Origin: an uncultured Bacteroidota bacterium
GTDB lineage: Bacteria; Bacteroidota; Bacteroidia; AKYH767-A; 2013-40CM-41-45
Assembly (NCBI GenBank): GCA_963775555.1
Contig: CAVZJJ010000002.1
Coordinates: 647,397-711,396 of the forward strand
Reading direction: 5' to 3'
DNA: 64,000 nt
Part shown: positions 41,748 through 53,274 of the stretch, one piece after another
Position numbering within the stretch: the stretch's first letter is position 1
Layout of the letters: the number at the start of each line of letters is the position of its first letter
The notes under the pieces: model-generated
Database searches by the model: none
Seen by the model: only the letters and a program-made list of their open reading frames with translations
What the model was told of the DNA's origin: nothing
Program-made: the position numbers and the translations under genes

Positions 41748-42356
41748 TCAGATACTGAGGATGAGGTATTCGCAAAAGAAGCCCACAAAAAAACCTGCAT
41801 AGATCTGTAAAGAGTTGTGCGCACCTACAGTAAGCCGGGCCGATCCCAGTAAGCCTGCAATCAGAAGACTAACAAGGATGGCAAATCGCAGATCAACGAG
41901 TAAAAAGTGTGATAAACCAAAGAAGGTTCCTATAAGGGCTCCCATCCCTATCATGTGAATGCTGATTTTCCATTTCAGGTTAATGATGATGGCAATGACC
42001 ACTGAGGCAGCAGCTCCGAGTATCATGAGATAAAAAATCTTAGGCACCATAAGACTGCGCATGAGATAATAAGCAACAAGCAATAGGATCGTGTTGCTGA
42101 TATAGGGAACAATTCGTTCTTCCTTCTTAGCCATTTCAAAAGAATGTATCCACCCGCGGCGGACAAGAATATACGAGATAAGTATAGGAAGTGCCAGCGT
42201 ATTCATTAGTATAATTGAATACAATGCCGTCTTCTCATAATAGGAAGTTGTGGTAGCGAAATAGGTTGTGTGATTCAACAGAAAATAGAGGGCATAGGTA
42301 GGCATTAGCACCGGATGCAGCACTACAGAAAGAATCCTTGCCAGTTTGATATTCAT
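41748..42356 (-). CDS. PAP2-like integral membrane protein
   Basis: WKISIH and SARLxxxAH motifs; downstream of rpoN. Confidence 0.7.
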   Translation of the reverse strand: MNIKLARILSVVLHPVLMPTYALYFLLNHTTYFATTTSYYEKTALYSIILMNTLALPILISYILVRRGWIHSFEMAKKEERIVPYISNTILLLVAYYLMRSLMVPKIFYLMILGAAASVVIAIIINLKWKISIHMIGMGALIGTFFGLSHFLLVDLRFAILVSLLIAGLLGSARLTVGAHNSLQIYAGFFVGFFCEYLILSI

Positions 42357-43825
42357 AATTCCTTTCGTAAACGGGCTACAGGAATGTCGAGCATCTCCCT
42401 GTATTTTGCCACTGTCCTGCGTGCAATATTGTATCCTTTTTCATTCAGAATTCCTGTCAGTGCATCGTCTGTGAGAGGTCTGCGTTTATCTTCAGTTGAG
42501 ATGGTGTCGGTGAGAATTTGCTTCACTTCCTTGCTGGAGACTTCCTCACCGCTGTCTGTTTGCAGTCCTTCGGAGAAAAAACTTTTAAGAAGAAAGGTGC
42601 CAAAAGGAGTTTGCACATATTTACTATTCGCGACACGCGACACGGTAGAGATATCCATTCCGATTTTTTCTGCAATGTCACGCAGTACCATCTTTTTTAA
42701 TTTCCGCTGGTCACCTTCCATAAAATACTCTGCCTGGTAATCCATGATTGTGCGCATGGTCTCAAACAAAGTATGTTGCCTTTGTTTCATTGCATCGATG
42801 AACCATTTGGCGGCATCAAGTTTGGATTTTACAAACTGGATTGCATCCTTATTGCTTTTCGCATTTTTTTTATCCTTGCTGTAATGATCCAGCATTTCCT
42901 TGTAATCCCTGCTGATGCGCAATTCAGGAGCATTCCTTGAATTGAGTGTGAGCTCCAGTGTTCCATCAGTATTAGTGATAATAAAATCCGGGATGACATG
43001 TTGTGAGGAACGGGTTCCCTGGCTGGCGGTATTTCCGGGCCGGGGATTCAATTTTAAAATTTCGCCGATGCCGTTCTTTAATTCATCTTCGCCAATGTTC
43101 AGGTCCCTGGCAATTTTTTCATAATGTTTTTTGGAAAATTCATCAAAATATGTGCTGAGAATCTGAACAGCCAGGTCAATGGAAGGGCGTTTCGAACCTT
43201 TGCGTTTTAACTGGAGCAGGAGACATTCCTGGAGCGAACGTGCCCCTATGCCGGGTGGATCGAGCGACTGGATTCCCTGAAGAATTTTTTCAAGTTCCTC
43301 GTGGTTGGTATTTATGTTCTGTGCGAAAGCAAGGTCGTCGACGATGGCCTTTAGATCGCGACGCAAATAACCATCATCATCCAGACTACCGATAATTTGT
43401 TCGGCAATATGATATTGCTTGTCGTCCAGATCTAATTGATAGACTTGTGACAGCACCTGATCCTGAAAATTTCCCTGGATGCTGAGCGGAATCTCTTTTC
43501 GTTCATCATCAGCGGAATTATTGTTGGAGGAAAGTTTATAGTCGGGTGTTTCGTCATCACTCATGTATTCATCCAGACTCAGATCCTCTTCCCTTTCCCC
43601 AATCTCTTCATCATCATCTGCCGACGGGATTTCTTCGTCATCACGCGTATCATATTCTTCCTCTGCTTCGTGGCCTTCTTCCAGTGCAGGGTTTTCCTGT
43701 AGTTCTTCTTTTATGCGTTGTTCCAGATTGGCCACAGGAACCTGCAACAGCTTCATCAATTGAATCTGTTGAGGGGATAGTTTTTGTAATAATTTCTGGT
43801 GTAATCCCTGGCGAAGTGAACTCAT
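42353..43825 (-). CDS. rpoN: RNA polymerase sigma-54 factor
   Basis: LSPQQIQLMKLLQ, STVSRV, RpoN box ARRTVAKYRE. Confidence 0.97.
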   Translation of the reverse strand: MSSLRQGLHQKLLQKLSPQQIQLMKLLQVPVANLEQRIKEELQENPALEEGHEAEEEYDTRDDEEIPSADDDEEIGEREEDLSLDEYMSDDETPDYKLSSNNNSADDERKEIPLSIQGNFQDQVLSQVYQLDLDDKQYHIAEQIIGSLDDDGYLRRDLKAIVDDLAFAQNINTNHEELEKILQGIQSLDPPGIGARSLQECLLLQLKRKGSKRPSIDLAVQILSTYFDEFSKKHYEKIARDLNIGEDELKNGIGEILKLNPRPGNTASQGTRSSQHVIPDFIITNTDGTLELTLNSRNAPELRISRDYKEMLDHYSKDKKNAKSNKDAIQFVKSKLDAAKWFIDAMKQRQHTLFETMRTIMDYQAEYFMEGDQRKLKKMVLRDIAEKIGMDISTVSRVANSKYVQTPFGTFLLKSFFSEGLQTDSGEEVSSKEVKQILTDTISTEDKRRPLTDDALTGILNEKGYNIARRTVAKYREMLDIPVARLRKEL

Positions 43826-43900
43826 ACGATAACCGGAATTCAATAAAATTCCGTTACAAAAATAAGAAGAAAAGCCGAGTCCGGGTTCAGGGAAAGGCGC

Positions 43901-44977
43901 TTAATTATGCCATATCCAACCTTCTGCGTTTTGTTTACGCAAACTGTCTAAAAGAGCAAGGGCGGAAGTACGGTCGCTGAATGAATTGTAACTCACATAG
44001 TTTAAGATCCCTTTGTGAATGATATGGGCATTTGTGAATCCTTTACTGTGCAGGCTGTTCTTGCAACCTTCTGCGTTTTCAGGAATTTTAAACGCTCCTG
44101 CAATCACGTGATAAGTTGCAGATTCATCTGTATAAGTTGAAGCAGTCGGAGAAGTTTCACTTTCTACCAAAGTGCTCAGCGCTGACTCTTCTGTTTTTGG
44201 TGCATGCGTGTCTGAAACTTCGGCAAGGGGTTCTGTACTGGCCACGAAAACAGTTTCTACTTCTTGCTTTTCTGCGGGAGGTGCCACAACAGTGTTTGCG
44301 TTTTCTGTTGTAACCGAAGTGAGTGCTTTGTTTGTATCAGAGCTAAATGGATTCAGGGAGCCAAGGGTTCCGCCACCGGGTTTTATGAGAAATAAATTGA
44401 AGGAGAACCACAATAATGTACCTGCGATGGCAAGTACTCCCAGCATTTTATAATTAAATTTCCTTCCTGCCACGGGAATGCGTCCGCTTTTTACCGAAGG
44501 TCGCGCTTTCATCAGTTCGCGGCGTTGTTTTTCAATGCGGTTTCCTGAATCCTCTCTGTCAATAGGAAGAAACTGAATGGAGCCCAGACCGAAGGCATCT
44601 TTCCTGAATTGACTCTGACGGAAGGGCTCAAAAAGCAGGTGTTTTTCTTTGTCGTAATAAATTGTGCCAACCCGTTCAACAATTACTTTACGGTGTTGAT
44701 CCAGTTTTGAAAAGCAATCCTGCACATAGGCCTCGATGCGTTGTATGGCTTCGGGATAACTCACACGATCGTATTCCACAAGGTGATTGGCCAGCAAGCC
44801 ATCATTTTGCCGCAGATAAATATTGAAAGCAATTTTTCTGCGCGGAGGTAAAATCGTGTGCTGCGCAGGATTCAAATTGGCCTGAACGTTAGATGCGAGA
44901 AATCCGCCCAGAGAAGGAACGATCACACAATCGTGGTCGTAGAGCAGTTCACAGATATGTTCGTCGATGGCTGACAA
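43901..44977 (-). CDS. HU-CCDC81-like / SPOR domain protein
   Basis: LLYDHDCVIVPSLGGF, NDGLLAN; TM segment; YHVIAGAF SPOR motif. Confidence 0.8.
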   Translation of the reverse strand: MSAIDEHICELLYDHDCVIVPSLGGFLASNVQANLNPAQHTILPPRRKIAFNIYLRQNDGLLANHLVEYDRVSYPEAIQRIEAYVQDCFSKLDQHRKVIVERVGTIYYDKEKHLLFEPFRQSQFRKDAFGLGSIQFLPIDREDSGNRIEKQRRELMKARPSVKSGRIPVAGRKFNYKMLGVLAIAGTLLWFSFNLFLIKPGGGTLGSLNPFSSDTNKALTSVTTENANTVVAPPAEKQEVETVFVASTEPLAEVSDTHAPKTEESALSTLVESETSPTASTYTDESATYHVIAGAFKIPENAEGCKNSLHSKGFTNAHIIHKGILNYVSYNSFSDRTSALALLDSLRKQNAEGWIWHN

Positions 44978-45164
44978 GGTTCAGGAGATCGGACTAAATT
45001 AATCCAAAAAAACCAAGCAGGGAAAATTATTTTGAGAAGAAATGAAAATGTACCTGTTAAGGATTAAAAAGCAGATATTTTACTCCGTTCTGTTTTGTAT
45101 TAATTACAGCAATAACTGAAGGAAAAGGCATTTCTTTTTCCTCTGTGAAAATAGTATCCGGAAA

Positions 45165-45614
45165 TCACCCCCGCAGCTGATCCAGCAAAAGGTTGAGTTG
45201 TTTTATTTCCTCCGGTTTCAGGTTTTTGAATAGTGCTTCAAAAGTAACATCCTCCTTGTCGATAAGAGAGAGGAGGTCCATTCCTTTTTGGGTGATCCTG
45301 ACCTCACAGGAGCGTCTGTCTAAACCGGAGATCTCACGCTCCAGTAGTGCTTTGGTGCGTAATTTTTCTACAATCCGGGAAGCATCGCTCATTTTGTCCA
45401 ACATCCTCTCCCGCACAAGCTTTATATTGGCAGGAAGGGGATGTTGCCCGCGTAAAATCCTCAACACATTATATTGCTGTGGAGTGACTCCGAATTTTTT
45501 TAGCAAAGTGGTTTGAAAAGCATCCAGCCAGTTAAAGGTATAGATGATGTTTACACCCAGCTTATGTGCGTCGTTGATAAACTTGCTTTGTACGATTTCG
45601 TCTTCCAGCCTCAT
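45165..45614 (-). CDS. MarR family regulator
   Basis: QQYNVLRILRG, SRIVEKL, DRR. Confidence 0.9.
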   Translation of the reverse strand: MRLEDEIVQSKFINDAHKLGVNIIYTFNWLDAFQTTLLKKFGVTPQQYNVLRILRGQHPLPANIKLVRERMLDKMSDASRIVEKLRTKALLEREISGLDRRSCEVRITQKGMDLLSLIDKEDVTFEALFKNLKPEEIKQLNLLLDQLRG

Positions 45615-45644
45615 CAGATTCGAATTTTTTCAGACTCAGTTTGA

Positions 45645-46355
45645 TTAATTCATTGGGACATCTACAATCATTATTTCTGCCGACTCCAATGCAGAAATAT
45701 CAAACTCAGAGGTGGATGAAATCCCAATGGCATCACGTTGATTCAGCGATTTTCCGTCTATTTCAATTTTACCTTTGATCACCATGACATAAGCTCCATT
45801 GCCATTTTTGGCAAGAGAATATGAAACGACTGTTCCTTTTTCCAGGTTTCCAAGTGATATTACAGCATCCTGATGGATATAGAGTGCATTATCTTTTTCA
45901 AATCCCGAAGCAACCGCTTGGATTTTATTCTTGCGTTCAGCCGGACTATAGGTTTTCTGATCGTATCGTGGTTTGATTCCTTTCTCTTTTGGAAAGATCC
46001 ATAACTGGAACAGGGTGGTTTCTTCTTCAGCGGAAGGGTTGAACTCCGAATGGTATACTCCTGTACCTGCACTCATCACCTGCACATCACCCGGTCGGAT
46101 TACCGAACCATTTCCCATATTATCGCTATGCTCCAGGGCGCCGGAGTGAATAATTGTGATGATCTCCATGTCATTGTGAGGATGCATCCCAAACCCTTGT
46201 CCTGCCGCTACTTTATCATCGTTCAGCACACGGAGCATCCCGAAGTGCATGCGTGTAGGGTCGTACCAATTGGCGAAACTAAAACTGTGATGTGCATCCA
46301 GCCAGCCATGATTTGCATGCCCGCGCTCTCCTGCACGATGAATGATGGTTTCCAT
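45645..46355 (-). CDS. pirin family protein
   Basis: HSFSFA, GFGMHPH, MSAGTGVYHSE. Confidence 0.92.
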   Translation of the reverse strand: METIIHRAGERGHANHGWLDAHHSFSFANWYDPTRMHFGMLRVLNDDKVAAGQGFGMHPHNDMEIITIIHSGALEHSDNMGNGSVIRPGDVQVMSAGTGVYHSEFNPSAEEETTLFQLWIFPKEKGIKPRYDQKTYSPAERKNKIQAVASGFEKDNALYIHQDAVISLGNLEKGTVVSYSLAKNGNGAYVMVIKGKIEIDGKSLNQRDAIGISSTSEFDISALESAEIMIVDVPMN

Positions 46356-46429
46356 GATTTCGTTTTTAATCAGCATATATTCTCAATGAATGTTCAAGAT
46401 AAATTATTTTTTTGGAATACACCGGACTC

Positions 46430-46855
46430 TTAGCTGTCCAGTACGTTTGTTTTTCTGTGTGAGGCATCGCAGAAGGGTTTATTCTTCGATGCTCCGCAAC
46501 GGCATAAAGCGATACTTCCTTCTTTAATTTCTTCGTTTCCGTCCTTGTCGACCATTACAAAATTCCCTTTTACCAGATAAGGGCCTTTGTCTGCAACTGT
46601 AATTCGGGTATTGGTTTCTGTATTCTCCATAGTTGATATTTTTGTTTGCTTGGTTTCATAAGTAAGTGCCCCGGATGGACATTTTTTTACCTGGGCAATA
46701 ATTTCATTTGCTGATGCTGCGGTTGGCTTTACCCAGGGCCGCTCAGCAGGGTTGAACACATGCGGTAATCCATGAAAACAGATAGCTGAGTGTATGCAAA
46801 GAGCAGGTTTCCAGATAACGGTAAGGTCTTCGTGGGTGTATCTTTTAGTGGCCAT
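46430..46855 (-). CDS. (4Fe-4S)-binding plus CDGSH iron-sulfur domain protein
   Basis: CIHSAIC, CPSGAL and LCRCGASKNKPFCDASH. Confidence 0.88.
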   Translation of the reverse strand: MATKRYTHEDLTVIWKPALCIHSAICFHGLPHVFNPAERPWVKPTAASANEIIAQVKKCPSGALTYETKQTKISTMENTETNTRITVADKGPYLVKGNFVMVDKDGNEEIKEGSIALCRCGASKNKPFCDASHRKTNVLDS

Positions 46856-46914
46856 GACTGATTATTTTTCTTAGTCGCTATGCAATAGATTTTTTACTGT
46901 TGCATAGTTGAAGA

Positions 46915-47319
46915 TTATGCAAATTCCCTGATATGGATGGGAGAAGTTAATGTTTTGTGAACCGGGCATTTTACGGAAATCAGGAGCAAGCGTTTTTTCT
47001 GGTCCTCATCAAGTGCCCCGAAGAGTTCAATACGCTTATAGATCACTGTACTTTCTCCATTGTCATCAGGATTTTTTTCCATATTCAAATGAATTTCCAC
47101 TTTTTGCAGGTCCCATTTTTTTCGGTTGGCATACATTCTCATTGTAATTGCCATGCACATACCAAGGGCGCTTAACAGGTATTGATGCGCCGTTGGTCCT
47201 GTATCTGTCCCACCATGATCCAGGGGTTCGTCGCTTACAAGGGTATGATTGCCGGTGTATGCGTGTGTGGCATATTCAGCGCCGTCATTGATTACAAGGA
47301 TGTTTTTTTCGAATTTCAT
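46915..47319 (-). CDS. OsmC family protein
   Basis: DEP..GG...GP, ALGMC, KCPVHKTL. Confidence 0.88.
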   Translation of the reverse strand: MKFEKNILVINDGAEYATHAYTGNHTLVSDEPLDHGGTDTGPTAHQYLLSALGMCMAITMRMYANRKKWDLQKVEIHLNMEKNPDDNGESTVIYKRIELFGALDEDQKKRLLLISVKCPVHKTLTSPIHIREFA

Positions 47320-47461
47320 TTGCTGTTCTTATTTGAGTTTGAGCGACCACGGAAGAACTATGTTTGTCAATTTTCAAGAAGCAATTTGTATTTGGCTAAT
47401 TCCTGATCATGGATTTTCAAATGTTGAAAAATCTATGTACACATTAATATCTGGCCGATTG

Positions 47462-47500
47462 AAAAAAGCCGGCACCTCACACTACGTGATGCCGGCTTTT
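47462..47500 (-). terminator. intrinsic terminator after yceI-like gene
   Basis: AAAAAAGCCGGCA...TGCCGGCTTTT hairpin. Confidence 0.65.
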
Positions 47501-47519
47501 ACACACACACAGACAATGA

Positions 47520-48098
47520 TTACTGTTTGATCAAGACGGCATCTAAAGTGAAATCGATGATATCGCCAACTACTGCTTCACCGGTTGCTGCTGCATCTTT
47601 GTATTTCAAACCAAATTCTTTACGGTTGATACTTCCGGTAGCCTTAAAACCGGCTTTTGTATTTCCCCAGGGATCTACAACCGTTCCTCCATATACAAGA
47701 GGGAATTCAACTGTTTTTGTTACATCACGGATAGTAAGTTCTCCGGCGAGTATATATTTATTATTACCCAGATTTTTTATCCCTTTGCTTTTAAAAGTAA
47801 TATTGGGAAATTTCTCGGCATTGAAAAAATCATCTGAAATTAAATGCTTGTCTCGCATTTCGTTCTCAGTATTGATGCTGCCAACTTCCACTGTCATCGC
47901 AGCTTGTAAATCTGACCAGTCTGCTTTTGAAGAATTGAATTCTCCATCAAACTTTTTAAACTCACCTTCTACATCCGATATCACAAGATACTTGGCGCTG
48001 AAATGAATTTTGGTATGTGCCGGATCAATTTTCCAATTTTGTGCTGATGCTCCCAACATGAGGAGCAGGCCTGTGAGAATTGTTATCGATTTTTTCAT
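47520..48098 (-). CDS. YceI family protein
   Basis: WKIDPAH, RDKHLISDDFF, GELTIRDVTK, DPWG. Confidence 0.92.
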   Translation of the reverse strand: MKKSITILTGLLLMLGASAQNWKIDPAHTKIHFSAKYLVISDVEGEFKKFDGEFNSSKADWSDLQAAMTVEVGSINTENEMRDKHLISDDFFNAEKFPNITFKSKGIKNLGNNKYILAGELTIRDVTKTVEFPLVYGGTVVDPWGNTKAGFKATGSINRKEFGLKYKDAAATGEAVVGDIIDFTLDAVLIKQ

Positions 48099-48225
48099 CT
48101 ATTTAGAATTTTTTTTGAGTTTTAATTATGCATGCAAATATATGTTAAAACAATAGATGTTACAACATATAAACAACTCAAATATGCTATAATACTGAAA
48201 TTCAGTATTATAAAATTAATATTAA

Positions 48226-49224
48226 TTAAATCTGACGGATTCCAATGGCCTTTCTGGCTTCTCTGAGGGTGGCCGAACTGCTTTCCCGGGCTTTTTCAGC
48301 ACCCCGGGCAGCCACCTGATGTACTCTTTCCTTATCACTGGATAGGGCAAGGATTTTTTCGCGGAAAGGATGTGTGAAAACGATCATGTCTTCCGCCAAC
48401 TGTTTTTTCATGTCACCATAGCGTATCTTCATGGTGCTATATTGCTCTTCAAAAAAAGCGAGTGTATCTCTGGAAGAAACGGCTTCCATGAGGGCGAAAA
48501 TATTTTTAATGGCTTCAGGTTTTTCCTGATTTGTAGCAGTGGGACCGCTGTCAGTCACCGCCCGCATCACTTTTTTACGTATCACCTCCGGGGCGTCTGC
48601 CAGAAAAATTGCATTTCCTTCTCCTTCACTTTTCCCCATTTTCCCTGATCCGTCCAGTCCAGGAATTTTTATGAGCTGAGTACCAAAATTGAAAGCATAG
48701 GGTTCCGGAAAAAGTTCTGAGTTGTACATGCGGTTGAAGCGGTTACCAAATGTACGTGCCATCTCCAGGTGTTGCTCCTGGTCTTTTCCAACAGGGACCT
48801 TTACCGCCCGGTGGATCAGGATGTCTGCTGCCATTAAGGTAGGATAGGTGAGTAAACCGGCATTGATATTATCAGGTTGCTTGCGGATTTTTTCTTTGAA
48901 AGAAGTGCAGCGTTCAAGTTCACCCACATAAGCATTCATATTGAGCAAGAGGTAGAGTTCTGAGATTTCAGGGATATCACTCTGTATATAGAGTGTGCAC
49001 TTATCGGGATCAAGTCCGCAGGCAAGGTACTCCACCAGCACGGTTCTTACATTCTGGTGAAAATCAACCGGAGAAGGATGTGTGGTAAGTGAATGATAAT
49101 CTGCAATAAAGAAAAAACAGGTGTATTCTTCCTGCATCTTGATAAAATTCTTCATCGCACCGAAATAATTTCCAAGATGCAGATTTCCGGTACTGCGTAT
49201 TCCACTCACAACGATTTCTTTCAT
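48226..49224 (-). CDS. trpS: tryptophan--tRNA ligase
   Basis: HLGN, VPVGKDQ, KMGKS. Confidence 0.96.
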   Translation of the reverse strand: MKEIVVSGIRSTGNLHLGNYFGAMKNFIKMQEEYTCFFFIADYHSLTTHPSPVDFHQNVRTVLVEYLACGLDPDKCTLYIQSDIPEISELYLLLNMNAYVGELERCTSFKEKIRKQPDNINAGLLTYPTLMAADILIHRAVKVPVGKDQEQHLEMARTFGNRFNRMYNSELFPEPYAFNFGTQLIKIPGLDGSGKMGKSEGEGNAIFLADAPEVIRKKVMRAVTDSGPTATNQEKPEAIKNIFALMEAVSSRDTLAFFEEQYSTMKIRYGDMKKQLAEDMIVFTHPFREKILALSSDKERVHQVAARGAEKARESSSATLREARKAIGIRQI

Positions 49225-49351
49225 GTGACGAAAATAAGCAAAGAGGCAATTACAACCTATTCAATAATAGCAGAAAAATCAAATTTTCAGCTGACTAGAT
49301 ACATAATCAAAAGACGCATAAAATCGTACTTTAGCGCAATAAGAAAATTCC

Positions 49352-50893
49352 ATGAAGAATAAATTAAAGGATCTCGAGGAAAAGAACGCTGAGGCCCGCC
49401 TGGGTGGCGGGAAGAAACGCATTGAGTCACAACATAAAAAAGGTAAACTCACCGCGCGTGAACGCATTCACTTTTTGGTGGATGATGGCAGCTTTGAAGA
49501 AATCGGCATGCTGGTTACTCACCGCTCCTTTGAGTTTGGAATGGAGAAAGAAAAGTACCCGGGCGATGGAGTCATCACCGGGTATGGCACCATCAATGGC
49601 AGAATGACCTATGTTTTTGCGCAGGACTTCACCGTTTTTGGTGGCTCTTTATCAGAAACTCATGCTCAGAAAATTTGCCGTATTATGGATCTCGCCGTGC
49701 AAAACGGAGTTCCTGTAATCGGCTTGAATGATTCCGGTGGTGCACGTATTCAGGAAGGAGTTGTTTCGCTGGGTGGTTATGCGGATATTTTTTACCGAAA
49801 CACAATGGCCTCCGGAGTAGTACCGCAAATCTCGGCAATCATGGGACCCTGTGCAGGCGGTGCTGTTTATTCACCAGCGATCACTGATTTTATCATGATG
49901 GTGGAGAACACTTCCTATATGTTTGTTACAGGTCCGAACGTGGTGAAGACCGTGACGCACGAAGATGTGACCTCGGAAGAATTGGGTGGTGCCATCACAC
50001 ATGCAACGAAATCAGGAGTGACACATTTTACCTGTGCCAACGAGATGGAATGTATAAGTTTCATTAAAAAACTGATGACTTACATTCCCCAGAATTGCGA
50101 AGAAGATGCGCCTTCCTATCCCTATGAAATGGGGAATGAGAGTCGTCCTGACTTGAATAATTTTATTCCGGAGAATCCAAATCAACCCTATGATATGCAC
50201 GAAGTAATTGGTGCCATTGTCGATGAAGAATCTTTCCTGGAAGTGCATAAGGATTTCGCGGAGAATATAATTGTCGGTTTTGCCCGCCTTGCAGGAAAGA
50301 GTATCGGTGTGGTAGCCAACCAGCCGGCACATCTGGCCGGTGTTTTGGATATTCATTCATCAACAAAAGCCGGTCGCTTCGTTCGTTTTTGCGACAGCTT
50401 CAATATTCCATTGCTTGTGTTCGAAGATGTTCCCGGATTCTTGCCCGGCACCGATCAGGAATGGAACGCGATTATCACCAATGGAGCAAAATTGCTTTAT
50501 GCCTTTTGCGAAGCGACCGTTCCAAGGGTCACAGTAATCACCCGAAAGGCCTATGGTGGGGCTTATGACGTGATGAACTCAAAACATATCGGTGCCGACA
50601 TGAATTATGCCTGGCCTTCTGCCGAGATCGCCGTGATGGGAGCGAAGGGTGCCGCTGAAATTATTTTCAAAAAAGAAATCACGGAGTCAAAGGATCCTGA
50701 GGCCAAACTGAAAGAAAAGGAAGCGGAATATATTTCACTCTTTGCCAATCCGTATAAAGCGGCAGAGCATGGATACATCGATGAAGTAATCAGGCCTGAG
50801 GATACCCGCAAAAAACTGATTGCTGCTTTTCATATGTTGCGCAACAAAGTCGCTAAGTTGCCGCGTAAAAAGCACGGGAACATTCCGCTTTAA
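49352..50893 (+). CDS. pccB: acyl-CoA (propionyl-CoA) carboxylase beta subunit
   Basis: [40 protein letters not shown]. Confidence 0.9.
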   Translation: MKNKLKDLEEKNAEARLGGGKKRIESQHKKGKLTARERIHFLVDDGSFEEIGMLVTHRSFEFGMEKEKYPGDGVITGYGTINGRMTYVFAQDFTVFGGSLSETHAQKICRIMDLAVQNGVPVIGLNDSGGARIQEGVVSLGGYADIFYRNTMASGVVPQISAIMGPCAGGAVYSPAITDFIMMVENTSYMFVTGPNVVKTVTHEDVTSEELGGAITHATKSGVTHFTCANEMECISFIKKLMTYIPQNCEEDAPSYPYEMGNESRPDLNNFIPENPNQPYDMHEVIGAIVDEESFLEVHKDFAENIIVGFARLAGKSIGVVANQPAHLAGVLDIHSSTKAGRFVRFCDSFNIPLLVFEDVPGFLPGTDQEWNAIITNGAKLLYAFCEATVPRVTVITRKAYGGAYDVMNSKHIGADMNYAWPSAEIAVMGAKGAAEIIFKKEITESKDPEAKLKEKEAEYISLFANPYKAAEHGYIDEVIRPEDTRKKLIAAFHMLRNKVAKLPRKKHGNIPL

Positions 50894-51002
50894 TCTGAAC
50901 GATTCAGAAGAATAGAATAAAAGCAATGACTGAATCGAATTCATTCATTGCTTAGGACAAGAGGATAAAGAATGCATCTAATTTGGAAAACTTCATCAGG
51001 AA

Positions 51003-52952
51003 TTAATAGTGAATCTTTCCGTTGATGCATTCAACCGCATTGCTGAAAGAATAATAATAAAATCCGGGACTAAGATTTTTTACATCTACTTCGATAAGGT
51101 TAATGCCTTTTCCGGTGTGTTGTACTTTTTGGTAATTGGTCTTTCCCAGCGCATCTCTGATGACGCACGTCAAGGGTCCGTCTTCCCTGCTTTGCAAATA
51201 GAATTTAATCATATGCACCGAGGGGTCGGAAAGAATTTTTAACATTTTAAAATCTTTCTGTCCGGTATATACCGGAACAATTTCAGAATAATGTTTTAAG
51301 CCGTCAAAGTCAATTTGAAGGAGCCGATAATAGAGTAATTTTACTTCGGGAACTTCTGTGTCGATGAGGGAATAATAAATTGGCTGCGTGGAATTTCCTC
51401 CTCCTTTTACTTTTCCAACCTCTGAAAAAAGTGTTCCATCAGTACTTTTTTCAACCATGAAATAATCATTATTGATTTCGGAAGCGGTTTCCCATTCAAG
51501 TAGAATCGTATTGTTCTCCAGACTCCGTGCAGAAAAAGAAATAAGTTCAACAGGCAAATGGCTAAATGTTACCGGACACAATGTGCTTGTGTCAATACCT
51601 GTTACCATGGAATTCAATACCACATTGGAAGCGTTGATTCCACTGATGCTTGCAGGAAAACGATTTTGAACCAGTATACCGGGAACGATTTCGACAAGTA
51701 CCGCAGGTGATTTACAGGGTACAAGTCCGATAAAATCTGTTTTTAAAAGAACGGATCCTGCCATTTGTCTTTTGCCGGTAAAAATATAGCAGCCATCACT
51801 TGTGCTGCGTCCCGAGCGGGAGCCCATCGTGGCAATTCCATCTAAGGTGTAGGACCTTGACCATTGCATGTTGAAGTTCACGTCAGTTTTAAGAATTTGG
51901 GCCTGGTTTCCGAAGCCACCATAGCCTCCCATGCCGGTAAACAAAAACCCTCCATCCGGACATTCTTCGACGGAAGAAAAACCACTTTGGAAGGATTCCG
52001 CAGGAATGGAAGTATAGATGGCTGCCCGGATTAAAGAGCCTGAAGCATCTAATTTGAGGATATATGGGTAGTTATATTCCATTGCATTGTGGTCCTTGTC
52101 CATCGAACCGGCAATGACAAGATCTCCGGCAGCATCTTCAATAATATCCAGGCCGAGTGAAAACCGATTTACGCTATTGTCGTGTTCATAGGATTTTGCC
52201 CACAGCACATTTCCGGCAGAGCCGGTGCGGATCACATAGAGGTCCGCCTGATGAGCGCCAACAGTGGTCCCGGCGAGAACAAATCCGCTGTCGGCCGTTT
52301 GACTCACCACCCAGGGCAAGGATTCGCCTGTGTCAAGGTCGCGTACAGCCAGCTCGTACATTTTGTCCCATTGCACATTTCCGTTTGCATCTGTTTTGAT
52401 GAGCAGGGCGTAAGTATTACCAACAAGACTTGTTGGCACTTCATCATGAAATCCGGAAATGATATATCCGCCATCGAATGTTTGTCGGACACAATAACCC
52501 AGTTCATCTTTTCCGCTGTCGATAATTTTTGACCACTGAATAGTACCATTCAAATCACATTTGATTAAAAGCACATCGTTGCTGTCGGGGGGCCAGATGG
52601 TTTCCTTATTGCTATGGCCGGTAATAATAAAGCCCCCGTCCTGTGTAGTTTCCATCCATGTGGCCAAAGTTCGTGCACCCGGCTGATTGATGATTTTTTC
52701 CCATAATAGTGTGCCATCATCCATGCTTTTGAAGAGGTGTACATTCGTTGTCGCGATCGAGGATTGGGTAAACCAATGGAAGTTGTAATAAAAATCGGTA
52801 GCCCCTGCCACCACGTAGGAATTGCCATTCAGCTCACGCACGGCATATCCGCTATTTCCGTTGCTGTACGATTTAAGAAAAGTGGAGGGTTGGGACATAA
52901 GTTCGCCGGAAACCAGAATTACAAAAAATATCAGGAGACCTGTTTTTCGCAT
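51003..52952 (-). CDS. T9SS type A cargo protein with DGG/W beta-propeller-like repeats
   Basis: Repeated xTxDGGF/Y...LIKxD..G..xW units; LPVEL...WETASEINN Ig-like domain; C-terminal sorting domain. Confidence 0.8.
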   Translation of the reverse strand: MRKTGLLIFFVILVSGELMSQPSTFLKSYSNGNSGYAVRELNGNSYVVAGATDFYYNFHWFTQSSIATTNVHLFKSMDDGTLLWEKIINQPGARTLATWMETTQDGGFIITGHSNKETIWPPDSNDVLLIKCDLNGTIQWSKIIDSGKDELGYCVRQTFDGGYIISGFHDEVPTSLVGNTYALLIKTDANGNVQWDKMYELAVRDLDTGESLPWVVSQTADSGFVLAGTTVGAHQADLYVIRTGSAGNVLWAKSYEHDNSVNRFSLGLDIIEDAAGDLVIAGSMDKDHNAMEYNYPYILKLDASGSLIRAAIYTSIPAESFQSGFSSVEECPDGGFLFTGMGGYGGFGNQAQILKTDVNFNMQWSRSYTLDGIATMGSRSGRSTSDGCYIFTGKRQMAGSVLLKTDFIGLVPCKSPAVLVEIVPGILVQNRFPASISGINASNVVLNSMVTGIDTSTLCPVTFSHLPVELISFSARSLENNTILLEWETASEINNDYFMVEKSTDGTLFSEVGKVKGGGNSTQPIYYSLIDTEVPEVKLLYYRLLQIDFDGLKHYSEIVPVYTGQKDFKMLKILSDPSVHMIKFYLQSREDGPLTCVIRDALGKTNYQKVQHTGKGINLIEVDVKNLSPGFYYYSFSNAVECINGKIHY

Positions 52953-53274
52953 GGCTGTCGGTGAATTTATTTTCCGATGATTTACAATACTGCCTCTTCT
53001 AAAGGTAGCGAATTCTATATTGAAAGAGAAAATACGAATTGATATTTTCTGATATCGCCGATTTATTTTGGCCAATGGCATATTTTCATAGATCAATGGA
53101 AGGCATTAATGAAGTTACAGGATTAAACCCGATACAGGAAAAAAATCCTTCTTATTAGTTTCTCTCTTTGGTTTAAAGATTATGCGCTTATCATTCTGTC
53201 AATTGGAAAAATTACAAGGTGGACAAGAAAACAGATTGAAAGAAGTTATATCTTTAATAGCTAATTCTAAAATT

